Source: Tubulanus polymorphus (Eukaryota; Animalia; Nemertea). Taken from it: DNA of 64,000 nt. The DNA is taken from positions 16,425,337 through 16,489,336 of the forward strand of contig NC_134032.1 in the NCBI RefSeq assembly GCF_964204645.1, written 5' to 3'. Position numbers and translations under genes: made by a program. A model generated the notes under the pieces. It saw nothing but the letters and a program-made list of their open reading frames with translations, did no database searches and had not been told where the DNA came from. Positions 1-12,375 of this stretch are shown here, piece by piece. Each line of letters opens with the position of its first letter. The first letter of the stretch is position 1.

Positions 1-221
1 TTCAGTGTCTCCTCCGGGTTCAGTGTCTCCTCCGGGTTCAGTGTCTCCTCCGGGTTCAGTGTCTCCTCCGGGTTCAGTGTCTCCTCCGGGTTCAGTGTCT
101 CCTCCGGGTTCAGTGTCTCCTCCGGGTTCAGTGTCTCCTCCGGGTTCAGTGTCTCCTCCGGGTTCAGTGTCTCCTCCGGGTTCAGTGTCTCCTCCGGGTT
201 CAGTGTCTCCTCCGGGTTCAG
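1..221. repeat. 18-bp minisatellite (TTCAGTGTCTCCTCCGGG)n in a KICS2 intron, truncated by the window edge
   Basis: About 12 perfect copies. ORF 5..226 is just this repeat. Confidence 0.95.
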
Positions 222-239
222 GATAAATATGTTACGTAC

Positions 240-1770
240 CTTGGCGACGAGAACTGATTTCAGTTTCATCATCCACTGATAAAGAGCTGGTGCTGCTGGA
301 ATTTTACTACCAAACGATAATTTACGGTTCTTAAAAACAGAAAAACAATAATTAGAAAAAGTAATCAACTCGCGGCCGCGCCCCCTAGTGGCATTAAAAC
401 AAACCTCTTTATTAGGGTCTACATAACCCCAGGCGTTTAGTTTAACGTGAGCCTCTTGTAGATGAAACAATGACGGTAAGAACTGCCATAAACTCATCTG
501 TATTTGAGCTTGTAATAATTGACTGATTATATCACATTCCAAACTGAAAAACAACAACAATTCATTCTAAAAACTCAACCTCAAATTTCAATTATTTCGA
601 CGACTTTTCATGTTTCTATTTTTACCCGAACGCAGCTTTAAGCGGTGCTAATATCGGATGATGAAAGTTTTTCTGCGTAGATTGAATGATTTCAGTAATT
701 ACAGCGAGACCGTCTTCAAACACGATCTGTTTCATTCCTGACATCGTCTCCATCTGTTCATAACTTCATAACACGTTAAGGTTCCGTCTGTGACCATGAC
801 ACCCCCTCAAACTCCAACTCCCCTTCTCCAACTCCTCCCCCTCCTCCCTAATACTGTTACCAAAGGATACAAATCAATCATTTTTAATCTAGCGGTTACA
901 AAGTGACCGAGTTGGCCACACAGATGAGACAGTAATTTCTCGATGGGAGGAATCGGATCGGTGAGATTCAGACGGCTGTGTTGATCTTCAATCTTTCTCA
1001 ATTCACTGAGTAAAATTTGAAACGATGATCGCAAATTCTACAAAATAGAAATATCAAACACGATTAGTTCCTCCCTCAGTATCCACTCACAGCTAAGAGT
1101 GATCCACTCACAGCGGGGAGAGTGATCCACTCACGAGAGTGATCCACTCACAGCGGGGAGAGTGATCCACTCACAACAAGGAGAGTGATCCACTGACAGC
1201 GGGGAGAGTGATCCACTCACAGCGGGGAGAGTGATCCACTCACGAGAGTGATCCACTCACAGCGGGGAGAGTGATCCACTCACAGCGGGGAGAGTGATCC
1301 ACTCACGGCGGGGAGAGTGATCCACTCACAGTGGGGAAGAGTGATCCACTCACGGCGGGGACAGTGATCCACTCACGGCGGGGACAGTGATCCACTCACC
1401 GCGGGGAGAGTGATCCACTCACAACTCTTACCTCCTTTCTACCAAACCATTTCAATCCGAGGTAAACTAATGATGTGTACATTTTCTCAGCGAGGCTGAA
1501 ATGTGATAATGAGTTTAACATGACCCCCCATGAAGAGCCGAAGTTTGCTTTATGTGAATCACGTTCTCTTTCCTACAATTAGAATAAACAGAAAACTATT
1601 TGAAAACCTTCCTCCTCCTCAGAGCCCTCCTCACACTTGACTCAAACACTTACAACTTTATCTTTAGCTTTATCATACATAAAACAACTGATTAAATTGA
1701 AGAATTCTTCCAGTACACTCTGTTCTACACATATAGTATTATCAGCACCAGAAGCAGCAGCTGTCGCCAT
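240..1770 (-). CDS. KICS2: KICSTOR subunit 2 (C12orf66 orthologue), 5' part; continues off-window
   Basis: Spliced translation MATAAASGADNTICVEQSVLEEFFNLISCFMYDKAKDKV..LLSHLCGQLGHFVTARLKMIDFYEQM..FHHPILAPL..WQFLPSLFHL..LYQWMMKLKSVLVAK matches recalled C12orf66 motifs (VEQAVLETFF, YDKAKD, FHHPILSPL, WKFLPSL). GT-AG junctions keep the frame. Confidence 0.9.
764..870 (-). other. U12-type (minor spliceosome) GT-AG intron in KICS2
   Basis: Donor GTATCCTTT at 870, branch site CCTTAAC at 781-775, AG at 765-764, no polypyrimidine tract. Removal gives in-frame MIDF-YEQM. Confidence 0.85.
1078..1423. repeat. ~23-bp minisatellite (GAGAGTGATCCACTCACAGCGGG)n in a KICS2 intron
   Basis: About 15 copies with 17-bp variants. 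The sense (minus) strand carries GTGAGT in each unit. Confidence 0.9.
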
Positions 1771-2759
1771 CGTTGCAGCAGCAGCAGCAGCAGCCAGGCA
1801 GCAGGACCGCGCACCAGTCAGTCAGTCAGTCTCTCTCAACCTCAGCCGCAGAGTGGTGGCAGCAGGAGAGAGGGGAGTTAGAGAATGCTAGAGCCGCAGG
1901 GTTCGGGTCAGAAAAATTTAAAAAATACAAGACAGTAATCAATCTCTCTCCTCTTGTAGCGAGAGAAACTTCAATAAATTTAAATTTACGTGTTATTTAC
2001 TTTTCGTATCGGGCAACGACCTTGGGTGAAGCGCCGGTGATGACTATATCGCGGAGTACGGCCTCGGAGTAGAGAACGATGGATCCCGGACACGGACGAC
2101 GGACCAGGAAGCGCACCCACCCATCCTCGCTTGCCAGGGGTCCAGTATCACTCCCGAACTCGCTTCCACCAGCCCCTTGGCCTCACGAAGCGTGATTTCA
2201 TTACTGGCGCTGTTGCGCAAGACGTCATATATCGATTCGCGAAATACTTCCTTGTTCGGTAAAACGTTCGCTGATTGGTCCATTTAACGGGAAAACAAAC
2301 AGAAGTCTACTGTCGGTTTGTTACAAGCGCTGTGATTGGTACGACCGGATTCTGGTCGGCTAGTAACGACTCTAACGACTCGTGAGGTCGAGGGGTTCGG
2401 CGAACAGCTTTAGCGTAGTGGGTTCGAATCCCTTGACGGGTGAAGATGCACCCGCCGAGAATGCCGGATCCAAATTCTTGACTCGAATTAATTTTGTCTC
2501 AACCGCGAGATCTGTAAAAAAGGATCATAATATTGATACAGAAAATTGAATATTCCAAATGATTCATGATCAAAAGAGAGATTGTTGATCAAACTTCAAT
2601 TTAGCTTGTGAATTGCGTCGCCGGGGACCGATCTCGGCCCTACTGCCGATTGGTATTAAACTCCCCATCTCAGCCGCGGGTCGCTGGCTCGCAATGCGAC
2701 CAACGGCCTCATCACCCACACACCTGACAGGCCAATCCACAAACTCAGTGGGCCCCGGT

Positions 2760-2945
2760 CAGTCACCAAGTGCCAACCAGTTATCACACCAGACAAACTC
2801 CCGACTACAATCGCTATTGCTCTATGGTCTAGTGGTTAACTTGCTCGACTGGCACGCTTGAGGTGTCGGGTTCGAGACTAGTTAGGGTTAGGGTTACTAG
2901 ATATGACCTAGGGTTAGGGTTGGTCAATCAAACTGGTGACACTGC
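2760..2945 (+). mobile_element. Repeat with tRNA-like core followed by TTAGGG units (copy 1)
   Basis: A-box TGGTCTAGTGG, CTGGCAC loop, B-box GGTTCGAGAC, then TTAGGGTTAGGGTTA. Similar to 10265-10400 and 50772-50997. Confidence 0.65.
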
Positions 2946-3548
2946 CGCATTTTTGCACATTTTAGTTCTCTGCAAGAAGTCTTTTTTACGGATCTGAAAC
3001 CCTTCTGCGTAAGTTCGACTGATCTATAGTCATTGTTTACCAACAATAAGGGAAGTATATAAAAATGCGGCACCAGCAGTGAGGAACAGTCACAAATAAA
3101 AAATCAGAAAACTCCAAAACGAAACTACGTTTCTGTGCCATTTTTCCACGGACTGCCGGAACCGACACGGATACGACAGCTCGCCAGCTGAGTGTCGTGG
3201 CTGAATGTATGTCAAGTTGAATCGTTAAAAAAAACAAACGAATGACGCCCAGCAGCACTGCATAAGCTCACATTAAAATAACAGCAAGCGTTTGATTGTA
3301 AAAGGCTATAGTGTGTTCCATCTACGAGCAATTATCTAACAAGGCTCGTAGGTTCTATTCAATATAACGGTAAGAAGCTCACTGTAGTTATCGCGACAAC
3401 TGGTGATTATTCAATGGTTTATCTGGATTTAAGTTCAGACAGTCAACGATTGGTTTTCACAGTATAAAGGAACCACTCGCGTTGTTCTCTATACCAGACA
3501 AGCTCCAAACCACAGCAAATCGAGGTCGTAACTCTACTCTGGGTAGCT

Positions 3549-6500
3549 ATGGGTAAGTCAGTAGATATTACGATATATTTTTTTCAATTCTACATCGCAG
3601 TTTGTTACACAAATGATATTTTGAAAAAAACTTTATTTCAATATATCACACTTAGCCAAGCCCCTGACCATTTAGTTACAATGACGTTATTCCTTGAAAA
3701 TGGATTTAGTGGAAAACCGAAAATGATTCAGATTTTAACATTTTGATATTTTGTCGGATTTCTGATTGTTGGACTTGGATTTCTTTTTTAATGTTAGAAA
3801 GAATTTTAATGCTAAACGGCGCGTGAAAGAATTGGTCCTCTCCAATCTATATATCCTTAGATTATTCAGAAATTTTCATTTTCAGAAATTAGATTTAAAT
3901 CATATAGGCTCTTATAGACAAACCTTCTGAAGCGTGGCGGTGTATAAAACTGGGTCATAACCATTATAAACCTTTATAACGTCCGCTCTCACCTCCGTTT
4001 CCTCCCTCCTCCCTTCCTCCCTCCCTTCCTCCTTCCCTCCCTCCCTCCCTCTCTCCCTCCCTCACTCTCAGTTTCTCTCACTCCCTCTCTCTTTTCTAGC
4101 GTGTTGTAACGATGAAGATAACGGACCTGGTTATAGGACCCCCCTCGAAGCGATGAAAGGTCCTCGTGAAAAGTTAATCTATGTATCATGTATCAGAAGG
4201 AAGACGCCGTCTGCGCACCTGCCTGATTACATGGCTACTGTTGATGTCGACCCAACATCGTCCACTTATTGTCAGGTAGTGATCGTGGTACCCTCTAGGG
4301 GGCGGGGGTTACATGACAACCACTAGGGGGTGGGGGTTACATGACAACCACTAGGTGGAGTGGAAGTTGGACCACTTTCAGGACAGAATGAACCTAATTT
4401 GATTTGTTAGTTTCGATATCGTTGATAGACAATATATAAACATAGTGCAAAGAGCGCGTTCCAATCTAGAAAATAGAAACCGGTCTGGACTAGTTCGTTA
4501 CTAACTAGTTCACCGTGTTGTGATCGTCTGTACCAGATAACGCTGAAAATCTATACCGGGTTCACATCGAGTTCAAAACTATATGCAATTCAATATCCTT
4601 ATGTTCGAGTTTTAGTCAGAAAACAATAAAATGTATAACGACAGCCAAAATCCGCCCAACGCCCACATACAAAAAATGTATGAAATGAATATATTTCTAT
4701 TCACCTTTGTGCAGGTGATTTCGAGGGCAACAACAACTCATCTTGAAGATGAACTTCATCACTCCGGGTGGAACGTCTGCTCAAGTTGTCATGGTGATAC
4801 GGAGAAGGCCCGGAAGTATATAATTTTTCCGACGATAGAGGGCGATCGGGTGTATCTGTTCGACACGAAAACCGACCCGAGATCCCCGAAATTACACAAG
4901 GTTTGAGAAAGAAAATGAATCCATTGATTTCAGGAACCGTGGTTTCACTGTCGTGGGTGGGGACTAGAATATTCAACTCAAGAATGAAAACATCTGGAAT
5001 AAACTAATGTGGGTTCAGTGCTAACTGTGGAACTGGGTTCAGTGTTAACTGTGGAACTGGGTTCAGAGTTAACTGTGGGACTTGGTTCAGTGCTAACTGT
5101 GGAACTGAGTTCAGAGTTAACTGTGGAACTGGGTTCAGTGTTAACTGTGGAACTGGGTTCAGTGTTAACTGTGGAACTGAGTTCAGAGTTAACTGTGGAA
5201 CTGGGTTCAGTGTTAACTGTGGAACTGGGTTCAGTGTTAACTGTGGAACTGGGTTCAGTGTTAACTGTGGAACTGGGTTCAGTGTTAACTGTGGAACTGG
5301 GTTCAGAGTTAACTGTGGAACTGGGTTCAGAGTTAACTGTGGAACTGAGTTCAGTGCTAACTGTGGAACTGGGTTCAGAGTTAACTGTGGAACTGGGTTC
5401 TGTGTTAATTGTGGAACTGGGTTCAGAGTTAACTGTGGAACTGGGTTCTGTGTTAACTGTGGAACTGGGTTCAGAGTTAACTGTGGAACTGGGTTCTGTG
5501 TTAACTGTGGAACTGGGTTCAGAGTTAACTGTGGAACTGGGTTCAGAGTTAACTGTGGAACTGGGTTCAGAGTTAACTGTGGAACTGAGTTCAGTGCTAA
5601 CTGTGGAACTGGGTTCAGAGTTAACTGTGGAACTGGGTTCAGAGTTAACTGTGGAACTGGGTTCAGTGTTAACTGTGGAACTGGGTTCAGTGTTAACTGT
5701 GGAACTGGGTTCAGAGTTAACTGTGGAACTGAGTTCAGTGCTAACTGTGGAACTGGGTTCAGAGTTAACTGTGGAACTGGGTTCAGAGTTAACTGTGGAA
5801 CTGGGTTCAGTGTTAACTGTGGAACTGGGTTCAGAGTTAACTGTGGAACTGGGTTCAGAGTTAACTGTGGAACTGGGTTCAGAGTTAACTGTGGAACTGG
5901 GTTCAGTGTTAACTGTGGAACTGGGTTCAGAGTTAACTGTGGAACTGGGTTCAGAGTTAACTGTGGAACTGGGTTCAGAGTTAACTGTGGAACTGGGTTC
6001 AGTGTTAACTGTGGTTACTGGGTTCAGAGTTAACTGTGGAACTGGGTTCAGAGTTAACTGTGGAACTGGGTTCAGGGTTAACTGTGGAACTGGGTTCACA
6101 GAGATATTGAATGGTTGTATTATTTACAGGTGGTGGAAGCCGAGGACATTCTAGAGAAAACCGGACTTTCTACCCTGCACACGTCACACTGTTTGGGTTC
6201 AGGAGAAGTGATGATCAGTACTATGGGCGATATTAACGGTGACGGGAAAGGTATTGTTGTGTTGCGAGGCGATAACGGGTTCCGGGCCGTGTTAGGTCAA
6301 TTGTTATCGAGATAGATATAAAACACTTGATATTAATATTTACATAAATAATCGCGTGCAAATCGGGTCAAATTATTCAGAACACATTTTAACGATGATT
6401 AGATATTGCCCCCGATTTAGTTAGGCCAAAGGCCATTTATACAATACAATCATATTACCATAAACATTTTAAACTATGATTTTTGGGAATCCAGTTTTAT

Positions 6501-8439
6501 TTGTTCGAGTTATTTTCAGGTGAATTCCTATTGTTGGATGGTAGTGATTTTTCTGTGAGGGGTAAATGGAATCGAGGTCACGATATCGCGGAATTTGGAT
6601 ACGATTTTTGGTATCAGCCGAATCATAACGTACTAGTATCGACTGGATGGGGTCACCCTCGCTGCTTCAAGAAAGGATTCGATATCGAAGACGTGAAAAA
6701 TGGTAAAGTTGACAGACTGATGGTCTGACTCATAGAGGGTTCAGGAGGAAGCCACCAACATTAGCCCAGCACCTGTGCCTATAACAGCTGTGAAGAGCTG
6801 TTTGGTTTAGGGGGGGGGGGAGTGGACCCCGCTCCTATGTGTTTTAGTTTGATAAAAATCCCATCCTCCCTCGGCAGAGATTCGAATCTGATGCGAACGC
6901 CTGTGGTATTCTCTATGATTCAGGTTGTTATGGCAACTCGTTGTATATATGGGACTGGACGACTCATGAATTACGACAGACGATCAATTTAGGACCAGAC
7001 GGAGTGATTCCGTTAGAAGTGAGATTCCTTCACGATCCTGAATCTCCAGTCGGATTCGTCGGATGCGCTTTGAGCAGTTCTATTTTTAGAATCTATAAAA
7101 CAACGGTCAGTTTAACACCCTTCGACGTCATAGGGTGAGGATCCACGGAACCAGGACGCGAATAATGATTTGAATATGATACTCTATTTGTAGGGCGGAA
7201 GTTGGGCGGCTGAGAAAGTGATCCAAATTCCAAGCAAAAAGGTCGAAGGTTGGGCACTTCCGGAGATGCCATGTATGTATTCCTCTAGCATAGTGCTCCC
7301 TTCCTTCCCCCGCACCCTTTCCTCCCTCCCTCCCTCCCCCGCACCCTCTCCTCCCTCCCCCGCACCCTCCCTCCCTCCCCCGCACCCTCTCCTCCCTCCC
7401 CCGCACCCTCCCTCCCTCCCCGCACCCTCTCCTCCCTCCCTCCCTCCCTCCCTCCCCCGCACCCTCTCCTCCCTCCCCGCACCCTACCTCCCTCCCCCGC
7501 ACCCTCTCCTCCCTCCCTCCCTCCCCCGTACCCTCTCTCCCTCCCCCGCACCCTCTCTCCCTCCCCCGCACCCACATAGTCTCAAGTATAAATACATCTA
7601 TTTTAGCTCTAATCACTGATATCCTGATTTCTCTCGACGATCGATATCTGTACGTCAGTAATTGGTTACACGGTGATCTCAGACAGTACGATATATCCGA
7701 CACTCGACATCCGAGATTAGTCGGTCAGGTAATCCGTCAATATCTTACGTACATAATTCTTATATTTCTACCAATTGACTTCAGTAACAAATACATCGTT
7801 TCAATTCTCTTACAATTCAAAGGTTTTCATTGGAGGAAGTTGTTGTTCCGGTGAAGGGGTGAAGGTCACACACGATCAAGAACTTCCGGTACGTTGTCTA
7901 TACCCAAGTCGTTAACGGATCAGTAACTTTACGGTGTTGTTGCGGTACCAACAACTCTTGACGCAGAAAGCCCGTGATTTTGGCCACTTGTAACTTATTT
8001 CATTCCCGTATATTTAACAGGCTCAACCGGAAGCGCTGTTTCTGAAGGGTAAGAAAGTTGAGGGCGGATGTCAAATGTTACAGTTAAGTTTAGACGGTAA
8101 ACGGATGTACGTCACGACCTCCCTCTTCTCAGCCTGGGACCTTCAATTCTATCCTCAACTTATCAAGTACGTAAATATGATTAGCAGTAAATATGGCTGC
8201 CTCCATGCGTCCCCTAATGACGTCACATGCATGTTTTTCAATGTTTCAGTAATGGTGGTATGATGATACAAATTGATGTTGATACTATCCACGGCGGTTT
8301 GAAGGTTAATAGAGATTTCTGTGTGGATTTTGGACAAGAGCCCGGTGGTCCATCGCTAGCCCACGAGATGCGCTACCCGGGAGGTGATTGTTCCTCTGAT
8401 ATTTGGCTGTGTGAACCAAAAGCTCAATCGAAGATTTGA
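3549..8439 (+). CDS. SELENBP1: Methanethiol oxidase / selenium-binding protein 1
   Basis: Exons 3549-3552, 4100-4275, 4715-4900, 6130-6250, 6520-6702, 6924-7105, 7194-7272, 7607-7728, 7823-7888, 8021-8166, 8250-8439. Motifs [70 protein letters not shown]. Confidence 0.95.
5007..6098. repeat. 24-bp minisatellite (AACTGTGGAACTGGGTTCAGWGTT)n in a SELENBP1 intron
   Basis: About 45 copies between donor 4901 and acceptor 6129. Confidence 0.95.
7297..7575. repeat. C-rich minisatellite (CCCCCGCACCCTCTCCTCCCT) in a SELENBP1 intron
   Basis: Degenerate ~21-bp units. Confidence 0.85.
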
Positions 8440-8944
8440 ATATTATATGTCACCGTTAATGCTTATTTAATTGTCTAATGTACAATGAAAATAAAAGTGA
8501 AATAATTAGTGCGTTCAAAAAAGAATTTATGGATTCGATTCTCAATTTTGGATGGATTGACATTTACAATATGGTCGCTGCAGATCTCCTTATGACGTCA
8601 TCACTGAATACGAGCTCAAAGATTCGAAGAAAACAATAAACGGGATTTAGTTTAAAAATAAAGAACCTTGATTCCTCCCCAGATTGTCAACAAGTTCCGG
8701 TTGTAGGATCGTCACAGCGTGTTTACGAGTTATCGCAGCTGGTCAGTAAGAGACGGCTTGGTAACGAGTTAGAGCTGTCGTCTGTCACCAGCTGCAGCAG
8801 CAGCAGCTGCTGCTACTGACCAGTGAGGTCCTAATTCATTGTAACATACGTCTTCAAGTACAAATCAGTTTGACATACAACTATAGACACATTATCAGAC
8901 ACATCATCAGACACATCATCATCAGACACATCATCATTATTAGA

Positions 8945-9044
8945 ATGAATTCATATCAGAAATTCAGCCTTTTTATCGTTTTTTTTATTTTCACAGGAAT
9001 TATTTTGATGCGCGTAAGTAGAATATTTCTAAGATTATTACATA

Positions 9045-9129
<85 letters not shown>

Positions 9130-12115
9130 TGCTGCTGCTAGGGTTATCAGTTCAAAAAAGTCAATAACGAGTTTAATGAGGTCACTGTAGAGTTTAATGA
9201 GAGGTCACTGTAGAGTTTAATGAGAGGTTACTGTAGAGTTTAATGAGGTCACTGTAGAGTCTAATGAGAGGTCACTGTAGAGTTTAATAAGAGGTCACTG
9301 TAGAGTTTAATGAGAGGTCACTGTAGAGTTTAATGAGAGGTTACTGTAGAGTTTAATGAGAGGTCACTGTAGAGTTTAATGAGAGGTCACTGTAGAGTTT
9401 AATGAGAGGTTACTGTAGAGTTTAATGAGAGGTCACTGTAGAGTTTAATGAGAGGTCACTGTAGAGTTTAATGAGAGGTCACTGTAGAGTTTAATGAGAG
9501 GTTATAGTTTTGTTATTTGTAACTCACCTCGTTATTGCTGCCTCTATCACTGTCTGTGTACATCTGTTCATCGGACTGGATTACCCCACTGGGCTGGGGC
9601 TGTTGACCAGTTTCAACGGGCTGGGGCTGTTGACCAGTTTCACCGGGCTGGGGCTGTTGACCAGTTTCACCGGACTGGGGCTGGATGATTACACTCGGCT
9701 GCTGACCTGTAATCGATGACAAGTTAAGAATTGATTTATGATAACAATTTACGGAGTAAAATACAATTGAAATATGAAACTAGAGTAACTAACGTTGAGC
9801 AGCTGAGACACCAGACGAGGGGATTCCCCGACCAGACAACGGGATTCCCCGACCGATTCCACGACCAAAACTAATCATCCCCGAATTATTCAATCCTGAC
9901 ATTGAGAATGAAGCTGGAGTGAGTAATCTGTGAGTCGATCCTCCTCCTCCTCCTCCTCCTCCTCCTCCTCCTCCTTCTTTGGAAGATGCTTTAGCATCGT
10001 TTTCATTCTTCTCCTTAAACAGCAGGTTTTGTTCCGTGAAAATCTAGATTTGACAATAATCAACACAAGTTCAAGAAATACTACAGTGAAGTCATCAGGT
10101 GAGACGGCGTCAAAATCACTCATCCTTACTACTTGTGACATCATCAACTGTTGTTATTGACTTAAAAACTAAATAACTATCGATCCTTCATAGATAAAAA
10201 GATCACCATTTGTCTAGCAACTCCCTGACAAAAACTCGAAATAAAGCTTAACCCATTGAGAGCTCGGCCATAACCCTAACCCTAGCCAGACTCGAACTCG
10301 CTATCTCTAGCATGCCAGCCGAGCATGCTAACCACTAGACTACAGACCAGGAATGAATGTCATAGCTTGTCGGTTTGTCTGGTCAGTGTGGTGACTGGTG
10401 ACCAGTCAGGTGTGGTGACTGGTGACCAGTCAGGTGTGGTGACTGGTGACCAGTCAGATGTGGTGACTGGTGACCAGTCAGGTGTGGTGACTGGTGACCA
10501 GTCAGGTGTGGTGACTGGTAACCAGTCAGATGTGGTGACTAATGACCAGTCAGGTGTGGTGACTGGTGACCAGTCAGATGTGGTGACTAATGACCAGTCA
10601 GGTGTGGTGACTGGTGACCAGTCAGGTGTGGTGACTGGTAACCAGTCAGGTGTGGTGACTGGTGACCAGTCAGGTGTGGTGACTCTATTTACTAACAACA
10701 CCCACTCTATCAGTCTCTGCTGATTACACCAGTTTCTTATCAAGATTTTTCATCTATTGTATAGTAATCATCGGGTTCAATATATTTTTAGAGTTGACTT
10801 TAAAATGGTGGGAAGGTGAGGCGCTGATTTATGGGTAAGAAGGGAATCCCGATTCCTCATTATGGAACAAACTATAAACAAATGTAACTAGTTGTAACTG
10901 TTTATTACGATGTTGTTGGTTGAAAGTATTTTATTTTATTTATGAAACTGAAACTGGAACAGCTATATGAAGAGAGGCGCGATGTATGAATGTAAGAATA
11001 AAGTCCTATACGGTAAAGGAGGTGAAGGAAGCTGGTATGTTTGTCATGATGAACCGTTTGCGCCTAAACCAGGCTGTTTAGCGCTGTCATTCGGGTTAGT
11101 ATACTTCTACTGAACTACTGCGAATTTCTTTTTAAGAATTCCAACAATCTGTTCAGCAAAGGACACAAAGTTCTGGTGAATATCGAACTGATTTTACTAA
11201 ACTGATTGTAATAAACTGATTGTGACATTCATCGACATTTTCTCTTTCGCTATGGTTGTTGATCACGTGATTTAGAATTGGAAATCTGTGGCAATTCGAC
11301 GATCAAATGGAAAAATTCGGTTGTGAAGTTTATGCATTCGACCCGAGGTGTGTACTCAAGCATCGAGTTGTTCGAGGACTATTTTAGATCAACTATAGAC
11401 ATGCATGTTTTTATATTCTAGTATGGGCGTCTCCGATCATAAACATTCGAAGAATGTTTGGTTTTACAACTTGGGAGTGGGCGGCTCCGATACGGATAGC
11501 TTTGTGCCGAGAAAAAACAGCTACGTCAAAAATGATCAAATCTGGAAAATACGAACAGTAAAATCTATTCTAAAAATGATCAAGCGTGAAAATGTAAGTT
11601 GCAGAAACTTTAAAACCCCCGAGTACTGGGGGAGAAGCATATAGGGCCTACCATTCACTCGCCAGGGGCGCTGCAGTTGCTTAACGGTTGGTTAGAAAAA
11701 ACCACGGATAAATACCATGTAACAATGAAAGCCTAGGACCGTTAGGATTGAACCCCAACTTGTTGTAATTAACCAATCAATTTATGTCTTTATTTCTATT
11801 TATTTTCTGTAGAGAATTATTGATTTTCTAAAGATCGACGTTGAAGGAACAGAATTCGACGTTTTGCGCAGCATTCTTAACGACGGAACAATGAACATCG
11901 TTAAACAGTATCTAGTTGAATATCACGTGTTCGGTGATCAGAAGTTTAAAATGGGTCAGTACGCGATTGATATGAAACGAACTCTTCAATTAGGATTTAA
12001 TCCGTTCCTAGTTCGCAATAAATTCCCGCTAGTCGGCGTGAACCGGAAGTCGTATCGATGGCAAGCTGATGTCGGTTTCGTCAATATGAATTTTCTGAAG
12101 AAAATAAAGAAATAA
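8945..12115 (+). CDS. METTL24-like (Methyltransf_22/FkbM-like) methyltransferase with N-terminal membrane anchor
   Basis: Exons 8945-9013, 10026-10098, 10792-10834, 10963-11094, 11276-11347, 11422-11593, 11813-12115. Motifs GEGSWYVC, CLALSFGIGNLWQFDD, GCEVYAFDPS, IDFLKIDVEGTEF, VKQYLVEYH. Confidence 0.85.
9147..9975 (-). pseudogene. Inverted genomic copy of GTSF1 region ~18385-19494 (part of exon 5, intron, exon 6, 23-bp minisatellite) inside a METTL24-like intron
   Basis: Reverse complement is near-identical to the source. ORFs 9513..9722(-) and 18624..18806(+) encode the same peptide apart from one extra 9-aa unit and minor substitutions. Flanked by (GCT)n and (TCC)n. Confidence 0.9.
10265..10400 (-). 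mobile_element. tRNA-like + TTAGGG repeat (copy 2)
   Basis: Minus strand reads TAGTCTAGTGGTTAGCATGCTCGGCTGGCATGCTAGAG..GAGTTCGAGTCTGGCTAGGGTTAGGGTTA. Confidence 0.65.
10380..10684. repeat. 24-bp minisatellite (GTCAGGTGTGGTGACTGGTGACCA)n
   Basis: About 12 copies. The unit matches the single-copy segment at ~50779-50802 of element copy 3. Confidence 0.9.
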
Positions 12116-12240
12116 AAAATACACATTTTTCCGATTCAAAAAGTTCGAGTTGTTAGTTTTCGAGGTTCTGATGGTGACCCGCCGGGATCGTAGTCCCCCC
12201 CCCCCCCACACAGGCGGCCGCGTCTTACATTGTCAGACAC

Positions 12241-12375
12241 CAGGGTCCAATTTCACGAACAAGTTTAAGCTCAAAACGGTAAAGTTTGAATTGTTGTCCT
12301 CATTGAAAACATGAAGTAACTAATGGCAATTACACCAAAAATTTGAGTTAAACTTTTTTGTGAAACTGGGCCCTG
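12241..12375. mobile_element. MITE with ~35-bp imperfect terminal inverted repeats
   Basis: CAGGGTCCAATTTCACGAACAAGTTTAAGCTCAAA ... TTTGAGTTAAACTTTTTTGTGAAACTGGGCCCTG. Confidence 0.7.

Noticed and set aside
4978-6154. Mucin-like ORFs on both strands
   Set aside because: They lie inside a SELENBP1 intron whose flanking exons join in frame.
3549-12115. Sulfur-metabolism cluster (methanethiol oxidase plus methyltransferase)
   Set aside because: Adjacency only; the METTL24-like protein has a membrane anchor and no known link to this pathway.
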